Assembly: GCA_964016885.1 (NCBI GenBank)
Contig: OZ024740.1
Location: 349,556,001-349,620,000, forward strand
Length of the DNA: 64,000 nucleotides
Source of the DNA: Eledone cirrhosa
Taxonomy: Eukaryota
Direction: 5' to 3'
Position 1 is the first letter of the stretch, and every line of letters starts with the position of its first letter. Of the stretch, positions 32,915 through 47,599 are shown piece by piece. A program made the translations under genes and the position numbers. The notes under the pieces were generated by a model. The model saw only the letters and a program-made list of their open reading frames with translations, had not been told where the DNA came from and did not search any database.

Positions 32915-35900
32915 CTGAAGAAATACCAAGAAAGGAAGAAATTTCTTTGAAAACTAACAAATAAATACATAAGTAAAATTGTATAGCTACTACAAGAGTA
33001 AAAAAAAAATGATCACACACACACACAAACACAACATAAAGTACAACACATGATACAAACAAACAGTATTTGGATAAGAAACAGGTCATTAAATATTTCA
33101 AAAGCAATGTAAATTTAATATTTGCATGCATGCAACTAATGTTAACTCAAGTCTTAGTATTGAAAGATAAAAGGTTAAAAAATACTTTTTTTTGTTTTTT
33201 TGTTATTTTTGTTAGTTAGTAAATATCATTTACAGCAGTGCAAATTCTTAATTTTGATCTTAAAGAATATTTTTATTCATTCATTTATTAAATTATGTAT
33301 TTAATAAATAAATTAATAATAAATGATGATAATAATAATAATGATGATGATGTTGGTGATGATGATGATGATGATGATGATGATGTTGATGATAGTGATA
33401 ATTATGATAATAATAATACTGATGATGATAATAATGATTTCTAGTATAGGCACAAGGCCAGCAATTTGGGAGGGAGGGGAAAGTCGATTAAATTGACCCC
33501 AGTGCGTTACTGGTGCTTTGTTTTATCAAACCCGTAAGGATGAAAGGCAAAGCTAACCTCAGTGGGATGATAATAATGATGATAATGATGATGATGATAA
33601 CAATAATGATAATTTCTAATTTAGGCATAAAGCCAGAAATTTGAGGAGAGGAGTTAATCAATTACACCGATCCCTGGTACTTTATTAATCCTGGGAGGAT
33701 GAAAAGCAAAGTTGACCATGGCCAGGTTTAAACTCAGAATATAAAGGGATAGAACAAGATGCCTCAAAACACTTGGTTCGGTACTCTAATGATTCTACTA
33801 ATCCCCCATCCTAATAATATTAACTTCCATTATTGGGCCCAGGATGTTGGGTGCAATACATAGAACAAGGAAAAGTATAGTATTTACATTTAGTAAAAGG
33901 GTGAATTAGAACAAACACATAGTAGAAAACAAGAAAAGGATCGCCTAAATGAAGGAGAATCCACATAAGGTGATACAAGACCCAAGAAACACAACCCCAA
34001 ATTACCATCACACACCAAAGACAATAACCATCACTTGGGTCTTGCCTGAAGTTGCATTGTTCCTGTGGATACATTTCATCATGCCATTTTTGCTATTCTC
34101 ACTTACCATTCATAAAATTTGGCAGAAGGCACCACCTACCTCTTTACTGTCACATTCTTCCTAAATTTATATTTGAAGATGTTGATAAAGGCTTGTTCTG
34201 AGAAGCTTTCAACCACATCCACCATAGCTATCAGCTAGAGCAAGAGTATCTGTTGTTCATTACCAAAGAAAGGTAGTGGTTTGACCTTCACAATAAATGG
34301 ACTAAACTCGCAGATGATAAAAGTTATTCCACATAAACCCACAAATTAGCAGTGCAATTTGTTCCTCTTAGTGACAGCTATACCTGTAGAATTTATTTTA
34401 AACAGGGAAAACCTCTCAATAGCACTTCAAGGCCAGAGAATTTTGGAACTTATCCATAATACCCACATGTAAACTCCTCCAGAAGGGGCTACTATCTACA
34501 TGACTAATATATAACTTTGTAACCAGGTTTTAAAGCCAAATATAAAAGCCTTGTTGAATATGAACACCATGCCCCTGCATGTTGTGACAAACAGGGCTGG
34601 TAAAACATTGGGTCAAAAAGTTCCATCCAACCCGTACCAAAATGGAAAAGTACAAGTAAAAACCATGATGACAAATCACCAAATAATGGTTCTTTTAACT
34701 GATTTTACATCATTTCTGGCAATAATATTTTTGAATTCTATACAGGTCTTCCTGCTGCATTACTACTAACTCCTTGTAAATCAGAAGTCTGTCGGGTTAA
34801 AAATAAAGCATTTGTTTGTTTCCCTGTGGCACATGAACAGGAAGAAGACATTACAAAAGAGTAGCGTCAACCACCTAAACTCAGAGTCACGCATAAATAA
34901 ATGGATTAAAAGGAAAATAAATAAATTCATTAAAATTAAACAGAATTATGAGAAAAAAATTTTTTTAAATAAACATATCATTTAATTCTTATTTGGTATA
35001 AAAAAATGTTTATCAATTGTTAATAAGATTATTATTAGAAATATGAAATATTTATTGATTGTTTGCAAGATTATAAATGTTTTAGACTACCTCACCTTTA
35101 CTGATGATATATATTTTTGATATTGACAACTACATTTGTTTAGTTTAACCCTTTTGATACCAACCTGTCCACAACCCACCTCTGGTTCTATGAAACAAAA
35201 CAACCCATTTTAAAGGGTTCCTATTTAAGTTTAAATTTTCACATAATTTGACATGAAAAGAACCTTTTGTTATATAATATTATGAATACCATCTTAACAA
35301 TGAATTAATTATTTCAGTAAATCCCTCCAAATTTTTCACTAATTAATTCAAATACAATGTATTTCATTATAAATATGATAATGAAAGGCTTAATTTCAGA
35401 TCATAATCAGGTGTCGTGTTGTAAAGCTCAAGGTCAAACAAGATCTATTATCAAAAGCATTATTTTTTAAAAATCTATAACCTTATTATCCAAAATGTCA
35501 TTCCTTTTTAAAAGATTAGTAGGGTGTATGTCAGAAGCTTTGCTTACTATTTCTAGCAGCTACCAAGCAACATAATACATTGTTCATATAAATATTTATT
35601 TTCTATGTCTGAGAGAAGGAAAAGTAACTTTTAAATTTTTCAGATCATCCAAGACTGGTTGGAAAATAAGAGGAACGTAGCTCCATATCAGAAGCCTGGC
35701 CTGAATGTTAAAGACAACCAAGGACTACATTAAAAAGTTAGCCTTTCTCAAACCTAGAGGTTCATCAAGCAAAAGCTTATCTCATTTTCATATGGTATTA
35801 AACAACAGAGTATACAAAATTCCACTTAAATCGGATGCCAGCATGTCACATGGTTAATCCCCTGCTATTGCTGTTAGTATTCATTTTTTCAATTGAGTTG

Positions 35901-36133
35901 ACTGGAGCATTGTGAAGCAAAGTGCCATGCTGAAAAACACAATTCACTGCTTAGTTTGGAGGTTGAAGCCATGACCTTACGATCTTGAGAATGGATTATG
36001 ATTGCTACTCAAATATTGCAAGTCATCTCATCTGATGCTCTTTCAATCCTGGCAATTCACCATGCCTAAACTTATACTTTATTTTCTATAGTAAATAGTC
36101 TGAAGAATTTATAATGTTGGAAAGCTTATTTAC

Positions 36134-36318
36134 CTTTGTCAAACTTCTGTTTATATGAACCACAAGACCATCTGGAAAACAGGATGTCTGCATAGCAGCT
36201 TGGAGAGCAGCTTTGGTTTTAACAGGATTTGCAAATGGAGACACATGAGGAGGATCATCTGTATCTAGTCTTGACTTCTTTGGTTTATTTGGTTTGGTAG
36301 ATGGGTCTATTGGGGTAC
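36134..36318 (-). CDS. TGFBR3: TGFBR3-like exon, Pro-rich linker and ZP-N start (...AMQTSCFPDGLVVHINRSLTK)
   Basis: ttcaag acceptor, gtaaat donor, phase 1/0. Confidence 0.82.
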
Positions 36319-37573
36319 CTTGAAATATAGATACAATGAATGAATTAGCCAGTTATACAGCACTACAGCATCTTATAACAACACTATTTTATGTTTGAGT
36401 TTTCACAGATAACAGATTAAAATTGGCAGATAAATCAGTAACTAAATATCCAAACTTACATTAACTCCAGTCTATTATTACTTTTATTATCAATATTATT
36501 ATTTAGACAGGCAGAGAAGTTAGAAGTGGGTAGATTTTATCATGTTTATAGGACTTCCCAGACGAATGCAGTTGACATTCAGCATGAAATTCCAGCAGAT
36601 AGTTCAAGTAGAGAATATCAGAGAGAGGGAGAATCCCAGAAACACAGAGAGAAGGGAGGCTCAAAATAATGATGTGGTTAGAATTCTGACAAAGAATGAT
36701 TTGGTGAGGTATTTAGTATGGTGATTATGAAGTGAGACACAGTATAAATAAGCTTATTTATTTATTTATTTTTCAATACTGTTTAGTTAGGGTGGGAGAA
36801 CATTGTCTATGACACTTTCCAGGCCTTATGATCTGAAACATGTGGAACGAAGGGAGGAGGTTATCCTCAGACTAAAGACCTAATCAAAATGCTTGCTGCA
36901 GAGTCTATTCTGCTAAAAGCATCCAAGGACTGGCTTCTGTAAAAATGGGACATGTAAGCTAGATCAAAAGGGCAAACTGGCAAACAAGTCAGAAAGAGGA
37001 CTCAGCAGCACAACCATATTTGTGGTTGTACAGTATTGGTGAGTGAACATTCACTTATCAGAAAGAGAGGTAAAGGGCTATGTGTATCAGCTACAACCCC
37101 TAGATATGCGATCAGTTCTTTAATATTAGTTATAATATGGCCCAGTATGGGGTCAAAGGATACATTCAGAAAGTAGCTTCTGTTGTGAAGTGGAAATAAC
37201 TGTGTGCGTTGTCAGAAATTATTAAAAAGGGTGGGCATTAAAAAGGGCATCTAGTTATAAAACATTACTTCAGTGAGTAGAGGGAGCAATGTCAGCTACA
37301 TGTTTATTGCTGAGAGAGAGAGAGAGAAGAGGAACAAGTGTTAGGTGGTGGGTGCTTCTATAAGAGGCTTTAAGGAGAGGGAGTGGTGGTTGGCACTCAA
37401 AGGTGTGTGTAGCTGTGAAATACACAAGATAGAAGACAAACAAAGCATCCCTTTTTACATGGACAACATCATACAGTGAATATGATTTAACAGGGGAGGA
37501 ATGGTCTTAAAACACTTGTAGTTGTATAAAGTAAAATACAAAAAGGTTAAAAAAGCAGAAGAGCAATACATAC

Positions 37574-37748
37574 CTTCAACAGAAAGTGTTATCTTGTCAA
37601 CACGCGAGACATTGGTATAGGATGATATATAACCATAGGTGTGTTCTCCTACCCAATTCACTAGATTGCGTCCGCTGGCATAGAGTTTTTCCCTATTCTG
37701 TGCAACTCTCTGCATCATCACATGGTCAGTTTTCACTCCGTTGTTTGA
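37574..37748 (-). CDS. TGFBR3: TGFBR3-like exon (SNNGVKTDHVMMQR...NLVNWVGEHTYGYISSYTNVSRVDKITLSVE)
   Basis: aag acceptor, gtatgt donor, phase 0/1; NLVxW...Y...SYT motif. Confidence 0.82.
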
Positions 37749-38046
37749 CTTTTTATGGCAGAAAAAAAAAAAAAAAAATAATGATGATAATGATTTCTAC
37801 TATAGCCAGAAGGCCAGCAATTTGGGGAAAGTCAATTAAATCGACCCTAGAGCATTACTGGTGCTTTATTTTATCGAGCTCATAAGGATGAAAGGCAAAG
37901 CTAACCGTGGCGGGATTTGAACTCAGAATGTAAAAGGCTGCAACTCTATGCCACGAAGCACGGTGTCTGACACTCTACCAATTCTGCCAATCCACACCCT
38001 AATGACAATGATAATAATGGATTCTAACATAACCACAGGGCCTCGG

Positions 38047-38334
38047 GCAGTGAGACATGGGCGTTGTGTGCAGAGGACCTGCGCAGATTGGAAAGGAACT
38101 AAGCATGCATGCTCCGTTGGATGTGTAATAGTAATATACACGAATGGCAAAACACAAATGAACTAAGTGAGCTATTAGGAATAAGAGGAATCAGATGGTG
38201 TTTACTTGAGAGGAGATTACATTGGTATGGTCATGTGATGCGCATGAAAGACGACAGCTGTATAAAAAAGTGCAGGGCAATCAAAATTGATGGAAGCTAT
38301 AGAGTAGGTAGACCCATAAAAACCTGGGACGACA
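38047..38334 (+). mobile_element. Diverged RTE family B fragment
   Basis: [10 protein letters not shown]...[12 protein letters not shown]. Confidence 0.85.
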
Positions 38335-38461
38335 TGATAAAGTGTGATAGCAAGAATGAGATCATGTTGGAAGAAGCTCAGGCAACAGTTAACTGGGACG
38401 ACATGATAAAGTGTGATAGCAAGAATGAGATCATGTTGGAAGAAGCTCAGGCAACAGTTAA
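38324..38461. repeat. Perfect 69-bp tandem duplication
   Basis: ctgggacgacatgataaagtg...caacagttaa twice. Confidence 0.92.
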
Positions 38462-38978
38462 CTCTGCTGGCAACAAAATACTTCTCTCTCAGAATGAAGA
38501 GCAGATTATATGTTTGAATGGCTATAATGCATGGCAGCAAGTCATATAAATCACACCTCTATTTTATATACAATAGTTACAATCTACCATATATTTTAAA
38601 CTGAAGTTTTGTTTGATCCACTAAACAAGACAAACGCTGATTTTCACGTAAAAAGGTGCAACAATTTTTAATTCCTTTTTTTTTTTTTTTCCCTTAAAGG
38701 AAATATTTCCCTAACAAACTGAAATAAAATATGCTATTTTTATTTTTTTGTTTTCCTTTATAAACACAATAGACAAAATTATTGTTTTCCATTTTCCATC
38801 TAAAAATTCACAAGAATGATACAAAGAAAATACACTCATGAAACTAAAGAAAATGTCAAAAGTCTAAAAGAATAAAGAAAATATGTTAAAAGAGAATTAT
38901 GGTTGAAGTAACCATTGTCATTCTGGACAGCAGAAGAAACTAATTCAGTTCAAATCAAATCCTTAAATATTTACTTAC

Positions 38979-39162
38979 AAAAATCTCCAAGGAACCCATG
39001 ATTTTCCGGGAACGAATAACCCAAACAACATTATCATCAGATGCTTTCAGTACAAGTATTATGTTAACATTTAGGTCTTCACCAGTGTAAGGCCGAAGTT
39101 CAACAATGATTTCATTTAAGGGTGATTTTCTGGCTCCAGTAACCTCAATAATATGTTTTGGA
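38979..39162 (-). CDS. TGFBR3: TGFBR3-like exon (PKHIIEVTG...IILVLKASDDNVVWVIRSRKIMGSLEIF)
   Basis: aatag acceptor, gtaagt donor, phase 2/0; resembles betaglycan HIIEL...LILILK...VNWVIKS...GSLKII. Confidence 0.88.
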
Positions 39163-40092
39163 CTATTAAGTTGAAACAGAAAAACAAAAGTTAGAGATAC
39201 AATTTAAGTAAATATAGAGTATGATGGGTTAAGATAGAAAAATAGTAAGTACTAGAAATAAAATATTTTAACATTTAACTAATTTAATCCTTTTTATACC
39301 AACCCACTTAAAACTACCCCTCGTTCTATGATTCAAAGCTGTTTTAAAATGTTTATTCTAATCTAAAAGCTTTCCATCATAATTTTACATGAGAGCTTTT
39401 GTTAGATTACATCCCCAAATCAGCTTAATAATGAGAACATTGGTTATATAACTAAGCTCTTTCAAATTCTCGATTATTATGAAGATGATTTAAAACATCA
39501 GACACAATGTCTTTAATTAAGTATTATCAATTTATAGGAAGAATTGTTCAACAGTGAATCAGTAGAACAGTTTTAGATTTATAAAAATTACAACTTGTGG
39601 TTGTTCGAACAGCCCCATCTCAATCTTGGTTTAGCAGAGTTGTGATCAAAAGAATTCCAGATGTATCCATCCGATTTTTATAAAGGAATCTAGATCTATA
39701 TTTTCTAATGCGTCTTTCCCATTTATTTTATTATTGTAGGGTGCTTGTTATCTGAGGGAGATATGGCAGTTATTTTTAGCTCACTAAAGAATTACACATA
39801 GGTTCCCTTGTTGGTTCATATTATAAACTTTGGTTTTCCGGGTAACAGGAAGGTAAAATAATTATTTAGCATCTTTAGAAAAGGAAAAATACAGATACCT
39901 AAAACAGATGAATACGGTTGAGAAAATAAATAACAGTAGTATTCTATGGTAGATTTAAACACACATGCTTCTGTTACAAAATTTTACTTTCAGTATAGTC
40001 CAAAGAAATAATCTTAAAATATGAAGTACATACATACATACATGCACACACACAAAAGATGCAATGTAAGAGGAGAATATATTTAATCAGAC

Positions 40093-40219
40093 CTGAAAGG
40101 AGATTCTTTTTTTTTGGTTACTGCACAGCCTCCAAATGGTATATTATTGTAGGAAATTGTAGATGCATAAGGCATTTTAACATTCTTCCGTAAATTGCAC
40201 TGTGACGGTGCTTTTGAAT
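40093..40219 (-). CDS. TGFBR3: TGFBR3-like exon (SKAPSQCNLRKNVKMPYASTISYNNIPFGGCAVTKKKESPF)
   Basis: gtttag acceptor, gtctga donor, phase 1/2; PxxCN...GC motif. Confidence 0.82.
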
Positions 40220-40323
40220 CTAAACAAAGAGATAATAACAATAATGTAGTAAACATCAATCATACATACAGGGCCCAATTTTCCTATATTTGTTTTAAAT
40301 ATAATTTAAATATCTCCACATGC

Positions 40324-40381
<58 letters not shown>

Positions 40382-41134
40382 GCACACACATACATGTACA
40401 TATATACACATACATATATATGCATGTGTGTGAATATACACACAGATATACATATATAAGTTTAAATATATAAGTATATGTACATAGCTGAATTCAGATT
40501 TGGTTTCCTTCTAGTTGATGGGAAAACCAGGGCTGAATATGTTTACATCTCACTAAAGAATATTTGTGGCACACATACAAGACAAACATGAAACTGAATA
40601 AAATCACTCATTTATTATATCTATTTTCATGTTTTTCTCCTATAACTACAACAGAAAAGACTGTTAAAAATAAAATTTGAAGTACACACAAACACATACT
40701 GCATTTGATGGTACATAGGAACTCTCTCCCCACAACCCAGACATATAAGACCCCAATCCCCATTTCTGTAGAATTATAAAAAAAGAATTGTGTCATAAGA
40801 TGATTTCTCTTTTAATTAACCCTCAACCTCCTGTAATGATTAGGCAAAGCAGAACATATCTAAAAATGAATTTATTAATTCAAATGCTTGTAGTAGCTTT
40901 ACTAGTGGACAGATCATTGTGAATGTTTGCAGTAAACTAAAGGCTATAATTTTTGATGTAATGCAGTCATAGTGCTGTTTTTTTTACTTTTCAATGATAT
41001 CTGCATTAGAGAAAATCGGTTAAAGGGGAACAGTGGTAAATGAAATAAAAGGCAGTTGCCCAAGATAAGCTTTAATTATTATAAATGTTAGCCGGAAAAA
41101 AAATATTTCTTGAAATCAATGATGGTTTACTTAC

Positions 41135-41318
41135 TTATTCCGACTTGCAACCGAAGATGCCGAGTCTTGGTATGAAATCGGGTATATGATGTAATGACCT
41201 GATATTTGTTGGTAACCCATTTCAGAAGTTTTTTGGCGTGAGTAGGGAAGTTTCCATATTTACTGATGTCTACATAATCCACTTTTTTTATGAACTTTAC
41301 TGTTGAACGTAGATATGT
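41135..41318 (-). CDS. TGFBR3: TGFBR3-like exon (TYLRSTVKF...NFPTHAKKLLKWVTNKYQVITSYTRF...LQVGI)
   Basis: tttag acceptor, gtaagt donor, phase 0/1; resembles betaglycan NFPHGNEHLLNWARKEYGAVTSFTE. Confidence 0.88.
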
Positions 41319-42199
41319 CTAAAAAAGAAAGTGTATATATATATATATATATATTTGTGTATGTATGTGTACATATATATAAAAATGAGAGAGAGAGTGA
41401 CCCTTCAATCACTGCAGTTTCTCACCCCATAAAAAGAGTTTCATGTACAATGCGAGAATATTGGGGACAGGGCTTAAATGATTAAATTGACTTAAATATA
41501 TGATTTGTGCATTATTTTATTGACAATAGAAGGATGAAAAGCAAAATAAAGCTCAGAGAGATTTGAGCACAGAATGTAAAGCGCTGAAACAAATACTGCA
41601 AAGCCTTTTGTTCAGTACTCAAACAATTCTGCTAATCCAGGAACCTTCATAATAATAATAATTTCTTTATTAACCACAAAGGGTTTTCATTAAGAAAAGC
41701 ATTAAGGACAGCACAGAATAAGACATTGAGGTGTGTGGGCATTGCAAAGGGAAATAACAATAAAATTCTATCAATAAGCATACATCAACAGGAAGGAGAC
41801 GTCTGAGAGCTACTCATGGAAAAACCCTCTAAAACCATAATTGCTCTCACCGTTAGGGCAAGTGCCCTCTCTCAGTTCTTCAGCTCAGATTTACAGGCAT
41901 GTATTCAGGGCAGGCCCATTCACTCTGACCATGCATGCCAATCTCATCCACCTTTCAACAAAATGGCTGAATTTCCTCTTCAAGTGAAACTTAAAGAAGT
42001 TGATAAGGAATTCGCCAAAGAGGAAAGTGTTTGTCTTCAGCCCTTTCATTCATGTCCACCACACAACCTCTATCATAATAGCCATCAGACATATAAAAAC
42101 TGCCTGCCCTTCCTGGTTAAAGGGAGGTGGTGGGTGGGCTCATCTTCACGTGGGGTTCAGTTGATAGCCAGATCCATCCTACACATAACAGCAGATATA

Positions 42200-43700
42200 C
42201 AACATAAACCCACAAGATATGCCTAAAACAACAAACATTTGCAAAGGCATAATGAATCCAGAGATATGAAAATCACCAGTTTCGCTCAAACCCATTATGA
42301 TTCTACCAGGAACTAAGAAACAAAATAGAAGTAAATGTAGCCATAAAAGTGAAAGAAGTGGAAAGTTTTGAGATTGGGAATCAACACACATAGGAATAGT
42401 AATAGTATACACAGTCGCTAAGCAAGCATGGGAAGACATCACAACAGAAGAAGTGTTCTAACACACTGTAAAAACAAGTAACTGGAAGATACTGGGTTAT
42501 GACAAAATCCTAAACTTCTGGTTAAAATATTTAACAGGGAGACATGGTGAACTTTCAACAAATTTAATGAGATATTGATCGAGCTAGCTCACTAAAGGGA
42601 AAAAACCAACCTGATCCCCAAGAATAATGACACAGCAAATCCTTAAAACTACAAATCAATTACAAGCTTTCCTACAGTCTATAAGACCTTACCAAGCACT
42701 TGGAAAAAACAACCTGTTTTCAGAAGATGAGAAAGGATGCTGCAAAGGCTCACAAGGTTGTAAAAATCAATTACTAATCAACAAAGCCGTAACAGAAAAC
42801 TGCAGAAAAGGAGGAAAAAATGTTCAGCATGACAAGGATTGATTACCAGACGTCTTTTGACAGTGTTCTCTATAAACAAAGTAGCGACAGCGATAAAAAC
42901 ATTCATCAAACATGCCATGAATAAATGGCAAGCAGTTCTGCAGATTCAAACAAAAGATTTATAAAAGCTAAGCTCACTCCAATTAACAGAGTGATACTTC
43001 AAGATACTCCCTTTCACCACTCCTCTTCTGACTAGTATTAATACCATTGTCTGAGATACTAAACATGACTGGACTTGGTTGTAAATGAAATGGCAAGAAA
43101 ATGAACCATCCACTGTATATAGATGATCTAAACTAGTACCCTGTAGATGAGAGACAACTTGAAACACAGCTTCAGACTGAACACAGATTCACAAAAGGAA
43201 TAGACATGAAATTTGGACTAGAAACATTTAGACTAATTACAACACAAGATCAAAACCTCCCCACCAGAATCTACCAAAATTCCATAAAGAAACAGAACAC
43301 AGTAAGTAACTATAGAATATATGATGGTGAAGAAACAATTAACCAAATCTTCTCTGGCTGCCCAGTTTTAGGTTAAAAAGAATATATCCAGACATGATAG
43401 CATTGGGATTTACATACACTGGATGTTATTCCATCACTATAAAATACCAATAGAAAAAAGGTGGTACAAACATACACCTGAAAGAGTTTCAGAGAATGAG
43501 AAAGCAACCATACTCTGGAATATACCACACAATCCACAAAGAAAACATCTTCTAATTGATGTATCTATCCCCAAAGACAAGTCAATCAACGAAATGGAGA
43601 AATTATCCATATATAAAGATCTCAAGATAGAAATAACTCGAATGTGGGTGGTGAAAACAGAAACAATTTCTATTAATAATAGGTGCTCTGAGAAAGATTA
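42200..43700 (+). pseudogene. Degenerate R4/Dong-like (RLE-type) non-LTR retrotransposon
   Basis: KGCCKGSQGCKNQLLINK RT remnant; WYKHTPERVSENEKATILW...LIDVSIP...EKLSIYKDLKIEITRMW endonuclease remnant. Confidence 0.75.
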
Positions 43701-44641
43701 AAAAACACAGACACATAGCTAAAACCAGAACTTAATCATTTTAGTTATGCTATAACAACAAAGAGCAATGATATATTTCTGCCCTTTCATTGCATACATA
43801 CAAAAATGGAGTGGTAGGAAACTGAACCCACTTCATGAATAATATTTAGCTCTTTCCACAAACTGATGGACTGATTTCTTCCATCAACTCATGTCATCTG
43901 ACGAGCTGGAAGATTAACATGAAATGTTACTGTGCTCATCAACTTCATCACCATCTCCATCTACTGGATAGAAATAACCCATCATGAGTGGAACAAGTGA
44001 AACAAATTCAGACATGATATTTGCTACTCCCTCCCCACCACAAGTTGACCTTTTCAAACCATAAAGGGAGCCTCTACATGGTCGTTTGACTGGATTAGAA
44101 ACAGCGACCAAAATTCTCCTAAAATTTCACCCTACTGCCTTAAATAAGCTGATGTTTATGACTCAGTTGGATAATGTAATATAAGAAGTGGCCATGACTG
44201 GAGCACTCTTAATCATAGCATTTACTTAATAAGGGCTGGCCTGGGCATAAACAATAACAACAAGATTTTTATTTTTGTGTTTCCTTTTCTTTTTAAATAT
44301 TGCAGCATTTGACACCAATTTTCAAACTAACTGTCAATCAAACAGGCTGAGAAAATAATAATATTTATGAGGGCCAGGAAACAAGTTAATGTTGTATTCA
44401 AAACTAAACAACCCTGACTTTTGCAAGAATCTCCTATATTATGTTTCTCTGCCTCCACCATCACCATCATCACCGTCAACATCACCATCCCATCTTATTT
44501 GTTGTAAATCCAAAAACATATCAAACTCTTGTTCCCATCACTGTATTTATAATTTGCTCTAATGTCAGATCTGTGTATTTAGTGATGTGATTCTCATCTG
44601 AGAAAAGAACCCCTTATCTGCCACACAAATAATAAAATGAT

Positions 44642-44674
<33 letters not shown>

Positions 44675-45099
44675 GGTAGCATGGGTTGGATGAGACTTTC
44701 TGAGCTACAACTTTGATTTTTGTCTTTTAATACTTAAAGTTTAAATCCGAAGTGTTGTTTTCGCCTTTCATGTGTATGTTTTTCCTTATTTTATAAGTTA
44801 GTCACAAACATGGATTGGACAGGATGTTTCAAAACAACCCTTTTAATAACCTTTTATGTCCAACTTGTTGAAGCAGATTACTTTAAGCTAATATGCATTC
44901 AAAATTCATAATTTGCTTGATAAAAAATACAATTATTCATTTATATCCATTTATATCAAAAGGATTGAAAAGTTTGTCAATGTTGCTTTTATGTAATGGT
45001 AGCGCAGCTGTCCAGCATATGGCAGGTGTAAGTTCAAGTCTAACTGGTGATACTATTTTTTTCCAACTCTAGGGGCTTAAATGCCCAACTTGTTCAACT

Positions 45100-45590
45100 A
45101 TAGTGGAGTGCATCTACTTTGCTCTTGTAGAAGTTGACAATGATGCTGCTACACCAGTCATTAGGTATGACACTGTCCTGTATTACTTGATTTACTATAC
45201 TTATGGTTAATGAGTGTCTCACCCAACCAGATGTTATCTCTGCAACTATCCCTGATACTTTGCCTGTATTCATTTCCTGAATAGCCTTACTTACTTTACT
45301 ACTTCTAACTTGGATAGCTTGTCCCTCTGTTGGTTCTGCTTGAAGCAGGACATCTTCCTCCTATGCATTTTCCCCATTCAACATTACTCATAATTTCCAC
45401 ACTCCTTTTCTTCTCAGAATCGGTACAGTCAAATGCACCACTGTCATTTTGGATGTATTTCTCCCTAACAACATCTAGATCTTTCCTCGCAAATTGAGCT
45501 AATTTGTTATTTTCTGTTTCCTTCCTAGCTACATCTACCCGGCACCTGGCTTCTTTTCTAGCTTCTTGATAATTACTCGCTGTCATTATC
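45100..45590 (-). pseudogene. Degenerate RTE fragment
   Basis: YQEARKEAR...DVVREKYIQNDSG, similar to the intact ORF. Confidence 0.6.
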
Positions 45591-46458
45591 AATTTCATCA
45601 TCATTTAGATTTGCCTTTCATCCCTACGGGGTCGATAAAATAAAGCACCAGTATTGCACTAGGGGCGATTTAAAATGACTTTCCCTTCCCCTAAAAAATT
45701 GTTGGCCTTGTGCCTAAATCAGAAATCATTATCAATTTCATCATCATTTATTATCCATTTTTTGGTTATCAAGGGTTGGTCAGAGTATGTGCGTATCCAG
45801 TTTAGAATAGGTGCATTATATCCATGAATGTTGTCAGAAGCAACTAAAAGAATTGAAAATGTTGCCTCAAAAAATTCCATCCAACCCATGCATGACATGA
45901 AAAAGTCAATATAAAATGATGGTGGTAATGATATTCTCGTGTCCCCTTTATTTACGTGTCCCAACGACTTTTTTTAGCTGTTGCTCGCACCAACCGGAGG
46001 TATATGGTCTTTAAAGCGATGAAATACCAATGATGGTTGGAAGATCACTGATGAAGGACTAACTTTATTCATATGTAACCCATTAGCAACCACGCAGCAT
46101 GTTTATATATATATATATGTATATAAGCATGGAAAAATGGACATAAAAACGATGATGATGATGATGATGCAGACACACACACACATGATAGGACTGGAGT
46201 CCATTGTATTGAAACACCCTATGAGATGTAACCTTGTATGAGGCTAACTTAATCTGCATATGTGTGAGCCATAAATTTCATATACATACAGACATTATAC
46301 ATATACACCATATATACTGTATATATCCATGTATAAGTCGCACCTCTATTTTACATACACACATTTACAATGTACCATATATTTTGAATTCAGGTTTCGG
46401 TAGGTAAGCCACATGCTGGTTTTTCACATGTGTGCGTGCGTAGCGCCTGTTTGTAATA

Positions 46459-46492
<34 letters not shown>

Positions 46493-46582
46493 GGAGGATG
46501 GATCATATAAAAATAGTAACAACATGTCAAGAGGTGTGAAAAGAAATCTGTAAACATTACAGTAATAAATTCCAATACTTAC

Positions 46583-46692
46583 AACAATCAGGTGTTCTCC
46601 TCTGCCACTGTCTATATTTGGTAAGCGAACCTTCCATGTTACTTGTTTCCGGGAACCAAGGATGATGATTAATGGATTGGGATTACTTTGTC
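46583..46692 (-). CDS. TGFBR3: TGFBR3-like exon (QSNPNPLIIILGSRKQVTWKVRLPNIDSGRGEHLIV)
   Basis: ttgcag acceptor, gtaagt donor, phase 1/0. Confidence 0.85.
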
Positions 46693-47599
46693 CTGCAAAA
46701 CAAACAATTCCGTAGGATCAGCATTCCACTGTAGACAATGGGCCAACACTATTTTCCTTAACCCTTTAGCATTTCAACCGGCCATATCTGACCATAATTT
46801 TCTCACCTCTTTCTGTTCAAACCGGCTGTACCTGGCTACTCATACTGATGTTAAGGTATCGTTTTCAAAATAAATAATATCAAAATCTCATAGATTCGAT
46901 ATTATGTGAGGGAAAGCCTTTATCACAAAAATGCAATAATAAATCTAGAGTAATGAAAATGCTAAAAAGGTTAAATTTATTTGACCTTTTTTAATGACAC
47001 AGCACCTACAACCATACACTGGTTCTCTGATGTAAAATTGTTATTTTAGTATATATATTTATTTGAAAACCATCCATCATAATTTTATGCATGAATCTTT
47101 GTTAAGCCTTCTTCCTAACACCAGCTTAAAATGAGAAAGTTAGTTATGTTTCAAGAACCCTCCAAATTTTTGATTATTTTCAAAATTATTTGAAGATAAT
47201 AAGTCATGTCTTTCATTAGAAATACGGTAATAAAAGGGTCAATGTAATTAACAATGAATTGAAATTATAACTACAACATTGTATAAAAACATAAACAACA
47301 AACAAAATAACATGTATTTTATTTCTGGACTATTTGTCACATTATATGTTCCTTGCTCTTTTTAATTGATCATGTGATATGGTGTGTGCTCTGCTCCATA
47401 TTCCATTTGAGAATCTACATATCTTTTTCATTTCTTCTTTCTATCCTTCTCTTTCTCTCTCTCTCTGCATACATTATTGTCACCTCCACCTCAGTCTCTC
47501 TTATCTAACTCGTTCTTTCTCTCTAGTTATGTTTCTCATTTCACCCTTCCAGTTCCTTTCTCATATCCTTCTGGTGCCAAAATGCATCTGAGTCATCTG

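Noticed and set aside
46043-46105. CTGATGA hammerhead half
   Set aside because: No GAAA, stem III or closing stem before the microsatellite; at most a truncated relic.
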